Source of the DNA: an uncultured Chloroflexia bacterium
Lineage (GTDB): Bacteria; Chloroflexota; Limnocylindria; Limnocylindrales; CSP1-4
Length of the DNA stretch: 64,000 nt
Direction of reading: 5' to 3'
NCBI GenBank assembly: GCA_963840375.1
Contig: CAWIYR010000002.1
Span: forward strand, 896,613 to 960,612
Positions within the stretch are counted from its first letter, which is position 1. Each line of letters begins with the position of its first letter. The translations under genes and the position numbers were made by a program. This document shows, piece after piece, positions 1-7,648 of the stretch. Under the pieces are notes generated by a model. The model had not been told where the DNA came from. It did not search any database and saw only the letters and a program-made list of their open reading frames with translations.

Positions 1-325
1 CGCCCAGAACGTGCTCGTGATCGTCAGCGGGCGGCTCGCCGCGTCGGGCGACTTCCGCGAGATCCGGCGGCTGATGACCGACCGGCCCCACACGTTCACG
101 ATGCGATCCTCGGACGACCGGCGCCTCGCGGCCGCACTGGTCGGCCACCCGTCGGTCTACGGCGTCCAGCTCGACGACGGTCGACTCGCGGTCCGGACCT
201 CGGACTACGCCGGGTTCGCGCGGGCGCTCCCGGTGCTCGCCCGGGCCGGCGGGGTCTCGCTCCTCGAGCTCCGGCCCACCGACGAGGACCTCGAGAGCGT
301 CTTCGGCTACCTGGTGCAGCGATGA
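1..325 (+). CDS. ABC transporter ATP-binding protein, C-terminal fragment (5' end outside window)
   Basis: Frame is open from the window edge (AQNVLVIVSGRLAASG...). It looks like the C-terminal domain of ABC-2-type exporter ATPases. Its stop overlaps the permease start (ATGA at 322-325). Confidence 0.55.
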   Translation, partial: AQNVLVIVSGRLAASGDFREIRRLMTDRPHTFTMRSSDDRRLAAALVGHPSVYGVQLDDGRLAVRTSDYAGFARALPVLARAGGVSLLELRPTDEDLESVFGYLVQR

Positions 326-1170
326 GCGGCCCGGTCACCACCGGCCCGGCGGCCGGCGGCCTGCCCACGAGCGGCCCGGCGGTGGGCGGCTCGCCGACGA
401 GCGGCCCGGTCGCGGTGAGCCGTCGTGGCTCGGTCATCGTCACGATCGCCGCGTTGACCGCGCGGAGCCTCCTCGGCCGACGGCGGAGCCTGCTCCTGGT
501 GCTGCTCGCCCTTCTCCCGGTGGCGATCGCGATCCTCGTCCAGCTCTCCGGCCGGGCGGGGATCGGGGGCGAAGAGGTGTCGACCGCGATCATGGACCGG
601 CTCATCGTCACCACGCTGCTGCCGATCGTCGGGCTCGTCTTCGGCACGGCCGCCCTGGGGGCTGAACTGGAGGACGGCACCGCCGTCTTCCTCCTGGTCA
701 AGCCGATCGACCGCTGGCGGATCGTCGTCGCCAAGCTGGTCGTTGCCGTCGGACTGTCGATCGCCCTCGTCGCGCCGGCATCCTTCATCGCCGGCGCCAT
801 CCTCCAGCCGGGCGGCACGGGGCTCTCCGGCGCGATCGGGGCCGCCGTCGGGACGGCGGTCGGTGCGACCGTCTACGCGACCGTCTTCTTCGCCCTGAGC
901 CTGGTCACCGGGCGCGCCCTCGCGATCGGTCTCGTCTACGTCCTCGTCTGGGAAGGGATCCTGGCCGGCCTCCTCGAGGGGATCCGGGCGCTCAGCATCC
1001 GGCAGTACGCGCTCGCGATCACGGCGGCGATCAGCCACCCCGGGGTCACCGACCCGGACCGGCTCGATGTCAGGGTCGCGTTCGCCCTGGCCGCGGTCGC
1101 GACCGCTCTTGCCGCGGTCATCGCGGTGCGCCGGCTGAGTTCCTACGAGATCGGCCAGGCCGGCGACTGA
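322..1170 (+). CDS. ABC-2 type transporter permease
   Basis: GC3 is near 100% from the ATG. It is translationally coupled to the upstream ATPase. The protein has about 6 hydrophobic helices after a Gly/Pro-rich N-terminus, typical of an ABC-2 permease. Confidence 0.7.
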   Translation: MSGPVTTGPAAGGLPTSGPAVGGSPTSGPVAVSRRGSVIVTIAALTARSLLGRRRSLLLVLLALLPVAIAILVQLSGRAGIGGEEVSTAIMDRLIVTTLLPIVGLVFGTAALGAELEDGTAVFLLVKPIDRWRIVVAKLVVAVGLSIALVAPASFIAGAILQPGGTGLSGAIGAAVGTAVGATVYATVFFALSLVTGRALAIGLVYVLVWEGILAGLLEGIRALSIRQYALAITAAISHPGVTDPDRLDVRVAFALAAVATALAAVIAVRRLSSYEIGQAGD

Positions 1171-1179
1171 CCGGGTCGC

Positions 1180-2040
1180 TCAGTCGACCGCGACGCCAGC
1201 CGGCTCGTGGTCGTGGGCCGTCGGCCCCGCACCATGGTGGTGGTCCTCGCCCGCCACGTGGGCGTGCGAATGGCGCTCGCCGCCATGCTCGTGGAGGTGC
1301 TGGTGGATCAGGTTCGCCCGGATGAGCAGGTCGCGGTCGCCGAGGATCGCCGCGGGCGTCCCCTCGGCAAGGACGCGACGTTCCTCGCCGAGGACCACGA
1401 CCCGGTCCGAGATGATCGGCACGATGTCGAGCTCGTGGGTCGCGGTCACGACGGTCCGGCCGGCTGCGCCGAGTCTCCGGATGAGGTTTACCAGGACCCA
1501 TTTCGTCCGTGGGTCGAGTGAGGCCGTCGGTTCGTCGAGCAGCACGACCTCCGGCCGGAGCGACAGGACCGAGGCGATCGCCGCCCGCTTCTTCTCGCCG
1601 CCCGACAGCTCGAACGGCGCCCGGTCCGCAAGGTGGGCGATCTCCATCTCGGCCAGCGCCTGATCGCAGTGCGCCTTGACCTCCTCGTTCGACATCCCGA
1701 GCTGGAGCGGCCCGAACGCGACGTCGTCGAAGACCGTCGCGCTGAACAGCTGGATGTCAGGGTCCTGGAAGACCAGGCCCACGGCCCGGTGGAAGCGGAA
1801 CGCGTCCACCCCCGCGGCGACGGCCGCAACGTCGGAGCCCATGGCCCGCATCGACCCCGCCGATGGCGCGAGGATCCCGTCGAGGAGCTTGAGGAGGGTC
1901 GACTTCCCGCTCCCGTTCGCCCCGAGCAGGGTCACCTGCTCGCCCGCCCGGATCTCGAGGTCGATCCCGTCGAGGGCCTGCTGCCCGTTGGGATACGCGT
2001 AGCGGACGCCCTCGAGGTGGAAGAGCGGCTCGTGGTCCAT
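1180..2040 (-). CDS. cbiO: ECF (energy-coupling factor) Ni/Co transporter ATPase CbiO/NikO with C-terminal His-rich tail
   Basis: MDHEPLFHLEGVRYAY..., Walker A GANGSGKST, signature LSGGEKKR, Walker B LLLDEPT. Only the last 286 codons of the 672-aa track ORF are genuine. Last gene of the cbiM-Q-O operon. The tail carries 12 His in 41 residues. Confidence 0.9.
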   Translation of the reverse strand: MDHEPLFHLEGVRYAYPNGQQALDGIDLEIRAGEQVTLLGANGSGKSTLLKLLDGILAPSAGSMRAMGSDVAAVAAGVDAFRFHRAVGLVFQDPDIQLFSATVFDDVAFGPLQLGMSNEEVKAHCDQALAEMEIAHLADRAPFELSGGEKKRAAIASVLSLRPEVVLLDEPTASLDPRTKWVLVNLIRRLGAAGRTVVTATHELDIVPIISDRVVVLGEERRVLAEGTPAAILGDRDLLIRANLIHQHLHEHGGERHSHAHVAGEDHHHGAGPTAHDHEPAGVAVD

Positions 2041-2042
2041 GG

Positions 2043-2927
2043 TCACGGTCGCAGCCGATCGAGGCCCAGGGCCGCAAGCGAGAGCAGGAGCGCACCGGCG
2101 AGAGCCAGCCAGTCGGCCGACCGCATCCGATACGCCGAGTAGGCCCGCATCTCGCCCCCGAAGCCACGCGCCAGCATCGCCGTGTAGACGTCGCCGCTCA
2201 TCTTGAACGAGCGGCTCATCAGGCTGCCCAGCGTTCCCGACAGCCAGCGGCGTTGCTCCGATCCGGTGGACCGGGCCACGATCCGGCTCTTCCGGGCGAG
2301 GAAGATCCCGTTGACGGTGTGGAGGAACAGGAAGATGTAGCGGTAGGTCATCGACAGGACCAGGACGAAGACCTGGGGCACGCCGATCGCCCTGAGGCTC
2401 TTGAGCAGGTCCGCCCACGGCGTGGTCATGACCAGGAGGACCGCCACCGAGACGCTCACCCCCACCCGGGACACGAGGAGGATCGCCCCGGCCACGCCGG
2501 GAGCCGAGGGCGCGATCGTGAGCGGGCCGATCGTCAGCTCGAAGAGGCGCGGGCCCTGGACGAGGAAGATCGCCGGGATGACCACGATGCCGGCGAAGAA
2601 CGGCACGCCCGACCAGACCCGCCGGACGAAGAAGTCGAACGGGATCCGGCTCGCCTTCGCGGCGACGAGGAGGGCCGCGTAGAGGAGGACGAGCGGGGCG
2701 AGCGAGCCGACCAGGCTGGTGGCGAGGACGACCGGGAGGAACATCCCGAGCTTGGCCCGAGGGTCCGCCCGCTGCAGCCAGCCGTCGCTCCGGGCATGGC
2801 GCTCGGTGAAGACCGTCTGCTCGATCGACGCGGTGATCCCGGCCAGGGTCTTCTCGACCCAGCCGACGTGGCCCTCCAGGGGCCGCCCGGAGCGGGCGGC
2901 AGGCGGTGTCGCCGCGGACGTGGTCAT
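2043..2927 (-). CDS. cbiQ: ECF transporter transmembrane (T) component CbiQ/NikQ
   Basis: Polytopic membrane protein with a CbiQ-like C-terminal region (ARGFGGEMRAY). The start MTTSAATPP overlaps the cbiM stop (ATGA at 2924-2927). It ends 2 nt before cbiO. Confidence 0.85.
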   Translation of the reverse strand: MTTSAATPPAARSGRPLEGHVGWVEKTLAGITASIEQTVFTERHARSDGWLQRADPRAKLGMFLPVVLATSLVGSLAPLVLLYAALLVAAKASRIPFDFFVRRVWSGVPFFAGIVVIPAIFLVQGPRLFELTIGPLTIAPSAPGVAGAILLVSRVGVSVSVAVLLVMTTPWADLLKSLRAIGVPQVFVLVLSMTYRYIFLFLHTVNGIFLARKSRIVARSTGSEQRRWLSGTLGSLMSRSFKMSGDVYTAMLARGFGGEMRAYSAYRMRSADWLALAGALLLSLAALGLDRLRP

Positions 2928-4207
2928 GCCGGAGCATCCCGGGGCGCCGAACGGTCGACGCCCCGACCGCGAAGCAGCCGGGCGATCGCGAAGATCGACA
3001 GGCCGCACAGGAACATCCCGAGGATGCCCGTGATCTCGTAGCCGATCGCGGCGTGCCACAGCTCCGCATTCGCGTCGCTGAAGAAGGGCAGGGGCAGGTT
3101 GTACCCGCCGAGCGGGGCACTGAACACGGAGGACAGGTCCTGGAGCCCCTTGGGCACGTAGCCGAAGGCTGTCTTGACGTCCTCGACGCTGCCCTCACCG
3201 TAGGCGAAGCCAGGCGCGATGAGGCCGAGCGGCGCCACGACGGCCAGGGCCGTGAACGCCGTGCCGACGCGTTTCAGGTCGCGGGGCAGGAGGAACCAGG
3301 CGAGCGGGATGAGGATCACCCCGATGGCGGCCACGACGAGGAGCATCGAGGCGACCGCCGGCCAGTCGACCGTCGACCAGTCGGCGCCGAAGAGACGGGT
3401 CGGGTCGCCCCCGCCCATGACCAGACCGATCGCCCCGAGGGCGAGGATCGCGAGGACGAGCGAGCCGCCCACGATCTGCCAGAGCGGTCGGCGCGTGGCC
3501 TCCCCGACGGCCGTGTCGCTCTCGGCGAAGATCCCCGTGAGCGAGGTGAGGTACTCGGGGTGCCGCTTCTGGAAGTAGGCGATCCCGAGCCCGCTGATCA
3601 GCCCCTCGACGATCGACGCACCGAAGACGTGGGCGAGGAGCATCGCCGGGACCGCCTCGGCGAGGCCGTACGGGCTGTACATCGCGACGCCGTTCTCGCT
3701 GAAGAGGAGCGGCTGGATCCCCAGCTCGATCCCGACGAAGAGTGCCGACGCGGTCATCGCGACGTACCCGGCGATCCCCGCCGCCCACGCTCGGCGCACC
3801 GACAGGATCGGCGACCGGCCGCTCAGGACACGGTAGACCGCGTACCCGACGAACGGCATGACGATGGCCATGTTGAAGCAGTTGATGAGGATCGCCAGGA
3901 CGCCGCCGTCGCCGAAGAAGAGAGCCTGGATGACGAGGGCGGTGCTCACCGCGATCACCGCCGCCCACGGTCCCAGGACGATCGCGATGAGCGTGGCGCC
4001 GACGCCGTGGGCGGTCGTCCCGCCGGGCACCGGGATGTTGAACATCATGATCGTGAAGCTGAGCGCCGCGAAGATCGCCAGGAGCGGGATCGTCCGGTTG
4101 TTCAGGACCGTCTTCACCCGCTGGGTCGCGATCGCCCACGTCGGCAGCGTGGCCACGCCGACGCCGACCGAGATGATCGGGCTGAGGTATCCGTCGGGGA
4201 TGTGCAT
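2924..4207 (-). CDS. cbiM: Ni/Co ECF substrate-capture component, CbiM/NikM fused to a CbiN/NikN- or PDGLE-like C-terminal module
   Basis: N-terminus MHIPDGYLS is the metal-binding signature of CbiM/NikM. At 427 aa it is about twice the length of plain CbiM. The extra C-terminal part has TM helices and the segment FGYVPKGLQDL...GYNLPLPFF. Confidence 0.85.
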   Translation of the reverse strand: MHIPDGYLSPIISVGVGVATLPTWAIATQRVKTVLNNRTIPLLAIFAALSFTIMMFNIPVPGGTTAHGVGATLIAIVLGPWAAVIAVSTALVIQALFFGDGGVLAILINCFNMAIVMPFVGYAVYRVLSGRSPILSVRRAWAAGIAGYVAMTASALFVGIELGIQPLLFSENGVAMYSPYGLAEAVPAMLLAHVFGASIVEGLISGLGIAYFQKRHPEYLTSLTGIFAESDTAVGEATRRPLWQIVGGSLVLAILALGAIGLVMGGGDPTRLFGADWSTVDWPAVASMLLVVAAIGVILIPLAWFLLPRDLKRVGTAFTALAVVAPLGLIAPGFAYGEGSVEDVKTAFGYVPKGLQDLSSVFSAPLGGYNLPLPFFSDANAELWHAAIGYEITGILGMFLCGLSIFAIARLLRGRGVDRSAPRDAPA

Positions 4208-4251
4208 CGGGGCGCGACTCCTGGGGTCGGGGACCCCGTCCCTGAACGTTG

Positions 4252-4282
4252 TTGCTACTCGTTGCGATAGAGAACGATAGCG
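4252..4282. promoter_or_regulatory. Candidate operator in the cbiM / fur-like divergent promoter region
   Basis: TTGCTA-ctcg-TTGCGA (4252-4267) gives two near-TTGCAA hexamers 10 bp apart. It is followed by the direct repeat CGATAG-agaa-CGATAG (4265-4280). This is the AT-richest spot in the 119-bp divergent intergenic region. Confidence 0.3.
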
Positions 4283-4326
4283 ACTATGAGCCGAGCCGAC
4301 AAGGTCCTCGGCCTATACTTCGCGCC

Positions 4327-4794
4327 GTGGATGCGATCGGATCGCCCGCCCAGCGGCGGCCGGAGTGGGCGTCCGTCCGGGACGACCTTCGCGCCCGCGG
4401 GCTGCGCTGGACGCCGCAACGGCGGACCCTCGTGGAGGTCCTGTCGCGGGCCGACGGACACGTCACCGGGAGCGAGCTCGTGGAGCGCTGTCGCGAGATC
4501 GATCCCGAGACGACGCCCTCGACCGTGTACCGGACCCTGGACGTCCTCGAGGAGCTCGGCCTGGTCCGCCATGGCCACGGCGCCGACGGCCGCGAGGAGT
4601 TCCACGTCCTCCCGGCGACCGAACACGGGCACCTCTACTGCCGGAGCTGCGGTGGGACGTGGGAGATCGGTCGGGACGAGGGCGCCGCGCTCCTCGGCTC
4701 GCTCGCGGCGAGCCACCGGTTCGCGGTGGACCTCAGCCACGTGACGATCGTCGGCCGGTGTTCGAGCTGCCTCGAGCCGTCGAGCGAGTCCTGA
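4327..4794 (+). CDS. Fur family transcriptional regulator (Nur/nickel-responsive type plausible from context)
   Basis: LRWTPQRRTLVEVL...STVYRTLDVLEELGLVRH...HGHLYCRSCG...IVGRCSSC shows a winged-helix domain plus CxxC...CxxC and His-rich metal sites. GC3 rises only after the GTG at 4327, so the TTG 4249 track start is unlikely. Confidence 0.85.
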   Translation: MDAIGSPAQRRPEWASVRDDLRARGLRWTPQRRTLVEVLSRADGHVTGSELVERCREIDPETTPSTVYRTLDVLEELGLVRHGHGADGREEFHVLPATEHGHLYCRSCGGTWEIGRDEGAALLGSLAASHRFAVDLSHVTIVGRCSSCLEPSSES

Positions 4795-4866
4795 GGCGGT
4801 CGGGTCGGCATCCGGCGGGGCCCCCCGCGCGAACCCGGGGTGACGGAACGGACGTAGCAGGGCAGG

Positions 4867-5415
4867 GTGGCCATGGGACGTGATGGTGGGCGGGCGCTCT
4901 TCGCCGGGAGGGTGCCCCAGGGGGTGGAGCCGGTCGAGCCGGGTCCGGGCCAGGAGTCGGTCTGGGACTACCCGCGGCCACCACGGGTCGAGGCCGCCCT
5001 CGAGCGGATCCGGGTGGTCGTCGACGGCGTCGACCTGGCCTCCAGCCGCCGCGCCCTGCGCGTCCTCGAGACCGCCGGCGCACCGGTCTACTACCTGCCC
5101 CGGTCCGACGTCCGGGCGGATCTTCTCGTGCCGAGCCCCCACAGCAGCTACTGCGAGTGGAAGGGCGAGGCCAGGTACTGGTCGTACGACGACGGCCGCG
5201 GCCGGACCATCGCGAACATCGGCTGGTCGTACGAGGACCCTCAGCCGGGCTACGAGTCGATCGCGGGCCATCTCGCGTTCTACGCCGGCCGCGTCGACGA
5301 GGCCTGGGTCGGCGACGAGCGGGCGACGCCTCAGCCCGGCCGGTTCTACGGCGGCTGGGTCACCTCGCGGATCGTCGGTCCGATCAAGGGCGAGCCGGGC
5401 TCGTCCGGCTGGTGA
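4867..5415 (+). CDS. DUF427 domain-containing protein
   Basis: ESVWDYPRPP...YCEWKGEARYW...FYGGWVTSRIVGPIKGEPGSSGW are the characteristic DUF427 motifs. Confidence 0.8.
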   Translation: MAMGRDGGRALFAGRVPQGVEPVEPGPGQESVWDYPRPPRVEAALERIRVVVDGVDLASSRRALRVLETAGAPVYYLPRSDVRADLLVPSPHSSYCEWKGEARYWSYDDGRGRTIANIGWSYEDPQPGYESIAGHLAFYAGRVDEAWVGDERATPQPGRFYGGWVTSRIVGPIKGEPGSSGW

Positions 5416-5452
5416 CGCGGCGTTCCCGACGTGCCGGAGGGGCAGGAGTCCC

Positions 5453-5575
5453 GACGGCACCGGTATCACGGTCATTGCCACACGGACCGCATCTGGGGCG
5501 CCTGGCCCCGCCCTGACGGCACCGTTATCACGGCCATTGCTACACGGACCGCATCTGGGGCGCCTGGCCCCGCCT
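5453..5575. repeat. Tandem direct repeat, 2 units of 61-62 bp plus the first 6 nt (GACGGC) of a third
   Basis: Unit GACGGCACCG(G/T)TATCACGG(T/C)CATTGC(C/T)ACACGGACCGCATCTGGGGCGCCTGGCCCCGCC(C)T occurs at 5453-5514 and 5515-5575. Confidence 0.9.
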
Positions 5576-5699
5576 GACGGCCCCCGTACGGGCCTCCTGA
5601 TCATTGCCCGTGATATCTCGCAGCCCAGGCTCGGCTGAAGACTTCTCAGATCGGCCAGATGGGTCGTTCAGGCGCGCTCATAGCAATGGTGCTGATATC
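5462..5699. repeat. Nested inverted copies of the ATCAC-N3-CATTG repeat core (REPIN/MITE-like)
   Basis: Plus-orientation copies at 5462-5482 (GGTATCACGGTCATTGCCACA) and 5524-5544 (GTTATCACGGCCATTGCTACA). Inverted copies at 5596-5617 (rc GATATCACGGGCAATGATCAGG) and 5679-5699 (rc GATATCAGCACCATTGCTATG). Confidence 0.75.
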
Positions 5700-5748
5700 G
5701 GGCGCGTCAATCTCTCGGCACCCGGGATCGCGGCCTCGCGGCGACGAC

Positions 5749-5796
5749 CGGAGCGCCACCCGACGGGAGCGCCACCCGTCGGGAGCGCCACGCGGC
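5749..5796. repeat. 3 x 16-bp tandem repeat
   Basis: CGGAGCGCCACCCGAC / GGGAGCGCCACCCGTC / GGGAGCGCCACGCGGC, located in non-coding DNA downstream of fabI. Confidence 0.85.
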
Positions 5797-5886
5797 GGGA
5801 TCGCCGCCCCGCCGCTCGGGCGGCCCCCGCCACCGCACGCGGCCGCCCCGCCGTCGGATGGGCCGGCCGGGCCGGCCGGCCGACCC

Positions 5887-6666
5887 TCAGTCCGCGCTCG
5901 GGACGCCCAGGATGTTGAACCCGCCGTCGACGTAGATGACCTCGCCGGTGACCGCGCTCGACAGGTCGCTTGCGAGGTAGACGGCGGTCCGGCCGACGTC
6001 CTCCGGCGTGATGTTCGCCCGAAGCGGCGCCACGTCCGCGAAGGCGCCGTACATCTTCCTGAACCCGGCGATCCCGGACGCGGCAAGCGTCCGGACCGGA
6101 CCGGCGCTGATCGCGTTCACCCGGATGCCCTCGGGACCCAGGTCCGCCGCGAGGTAGCGAACGGACGCCTCGAGGGCCGCCTTCGCCACGCCCATCACGT
6201 TGTAGTTGCTGACCACCTTCTCGGCGCCGTAGTAGGACAGGGTCATCACGCTCGAGCCGGGGCCGAGGAACGGCCGGGCCTCGCGCGCCAGCGCCACCAG
6301 CGAGTAGGCGCTCACGTCCAGGGCCAGCGCGAAGCCATCGCGCGAGGTGTCGACGAACCCTCCTTCGAGATCCTCGCGCCGGGCGAACGCCAGGGCGTGG
6401 ACGAGGATGTCGAGCCGGCCGTGGGTCGCCCCCCACTTCGCGAAGACGCGGGCGATCTCCTCGTCCGACTGGACATCGCACGGCTCGACGAACGTCGAGC
6501 CGATCGACGTCGCCAGCGGTCGGACCCGCTTGTCGATGAGGCTCTCCATCGAGCTGAAGCCGACCGTGGCACCGGCGTCGTGAAGGGCCCGGGCGATCCC
6601 CCAGGCGATGGAGTGATCGTTCGCGACCCCGAAGATGAGGGCCGTCCGGCCGTCGAGCAGACCCAT
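5887..6666 (-). CDS. fabI: Enoyl-[acyl-carrier-protein] reductase (NADH) FabI
   Basis: MGLLDGRTALIFGVANDHSIAWGIA...YYGAEKVVSNYNVMGVAKAALE...RVNAISAGPVRTLA is full-length and carries the SDR/FabI signature motifs. Confidence 0.9.
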   Translation of the reverse strand: MGLLDGRTALIFGVANDHSIAWGIARALHDAGATVGFSSMESLIDKRVRPLATSIGSTFVEPCDVQSDEEIARVFAKWGATHGRLDILVHALAFARREDLEGGFVDTSRDGFALALDVSAYSLVALAREARPFLGPGSSVMTLSYYGAEKVVSNYNVMGVAKAALEASVRYLAADLGPEGIRVNAISAGPVRTLAASGIAGFRKMYGAFADVAPLRANITPEDVGRTAVYLASDLSSAVTGEVIYVDGGFNILGVPSAD

Positions 6667-6763
6667 CCTTCACTCCTCTCGAGGCCGCCGGCCGCGACCG
6701 CCATCGCCACCGCCCGCTGACCCCCGACCTGCCGCGAGCCTAGCAGACGGCTACCATCGCGAG

Positions 6764-7642
6764 ATGTCGCCGGAGCGCCCGACCTACGACCTGGCCGTGG
6801 CCCTGGACGGGGTCCGGGCGCTGCTCCTCGACCTCGACGGGGTCATCGTCCTCCGGGGTGGACTCGTCCCCGGGTCCGGTGAGGCGCTGACCGAGATCGA
6901 GCGGCGCGGCATCCCGTTCCGGATCGTGACGAACACCTCGCTGGTGAGCCGCGCCGGCCTCGCCCGCTGGGGTGAGCGACTCGGCGCGCCGATCGCGCCG
7001 GAGCGGATCATCAGCGCGCTCTCCGCGACCGCGGCCTACACCCGACGGCGGCACCCCGCCGGACCGCTCTTCGTGCTGGCCGCCCCGGACGCGCTGACCG
7101 AGTTCGCCGGTCAGCGGCTCCTGTCGGAGGCGGAGGCATCCGCGCCGGGGGCGACCGCCGCGGCCGTGGTGGTCGGGGACGGTGGGGAGGCCCTGACCTA
7201 CGCCAACATGAACCGGGCGTTCCGTCTGGTCCGGACCGGAGCGGAGCTGATCGGGATGCACCGCAATCCGTGGTGGCTGACCGCGGACGGTCCGACCATC
7301 GACTCGGGCGCCTACGTCCGGGGCCTCGAGTTCGCCACGGGTCGGCGGGCGCGCATCCTCGGCAAGCCGGCCCCCGACTTCTTCCGGGCCGGTGCCGCCG
7401 CGCTGACCGCCGAGCTGACCGCCCGGGATGAGCCGCCGCTTCGGCACGCCGAGATCGCGATGGTCGGTGACGACATCCGATCCGACATCCTCGCGGCGCA
7501 GCGGGTGGGCCTGCGCGGCGTCTTCGTGCTGACCGGCAAGCATGGCCTCCACGATCTCGGGTCGGCCGCGGCCGGGCGTGGCGGCGGTCGCCCGGACGCG
7601 GTCGCCTCATCGCTCGCGGAGGTCGTCGCGGCGTTGCCCTGA
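6764..7642 (+). CDS. HAD-IIA family hydrolase
   Basis: LLLDLDGVIV (motif I), IVTNTS (motif II), GKP...MVGDDIRSDI (motifs III/IV). The ATG at 6764 is the first start after GC3 rises. Confidence 0.8.
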   Translation: MSPERPTYDLAVALDGVRALLLDLDGVIVLRGGLVPGSGEALTEIERRGIPFRIVTNTSLVSRAGLARWGERLGAPIAPERIISALSATAAYTRRRHPAGPLFVLAAPDALTEFAGQRLLSEAEASAPGATAAAVVVGDGGEALTYANMNRAFRLVRTGAELIGMHRNPWWLTADGPTIDSGAYVRGLEFATGRRARILGKPAPDFFRAGAAALTAELTARDEPPLRHAEIAMVGDDIRSDILAAQRVGLRGVFVLTGKHGLHDLGSAAAGRGGGRPDAVASSLAEVVAALP

Positions 7643-7648
7643 GCGCCC

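Noticed and set aside
1180-3198. 672-aa track ORF taken at face value as one protein
   Set aside because: Only the last 286 codons (from MDHEPLF at 2040) are the CbiO ATPase. The upstream part overlaps cbiQ and cbiM out of frame and is Arg/Pro-rich nonsense.
4208-4326. Cobalamin riboswitch upstream of cbiM, as is often found with cbiMNQO
   Set aside because: The whole divergent intergenic region is 119 bp. It shows no B12-box-like sequence or multi-stem structure, and a Fur-family regulator is encoded divergently instead.
5453-5620. Possible CRISPR array (repeated roughly 60-bp units)
   Set aside because: There are only two contiguous tandem copies with no unique spacers between them, and no cas genes in the window. 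The units are longer than CRISPR repeats.
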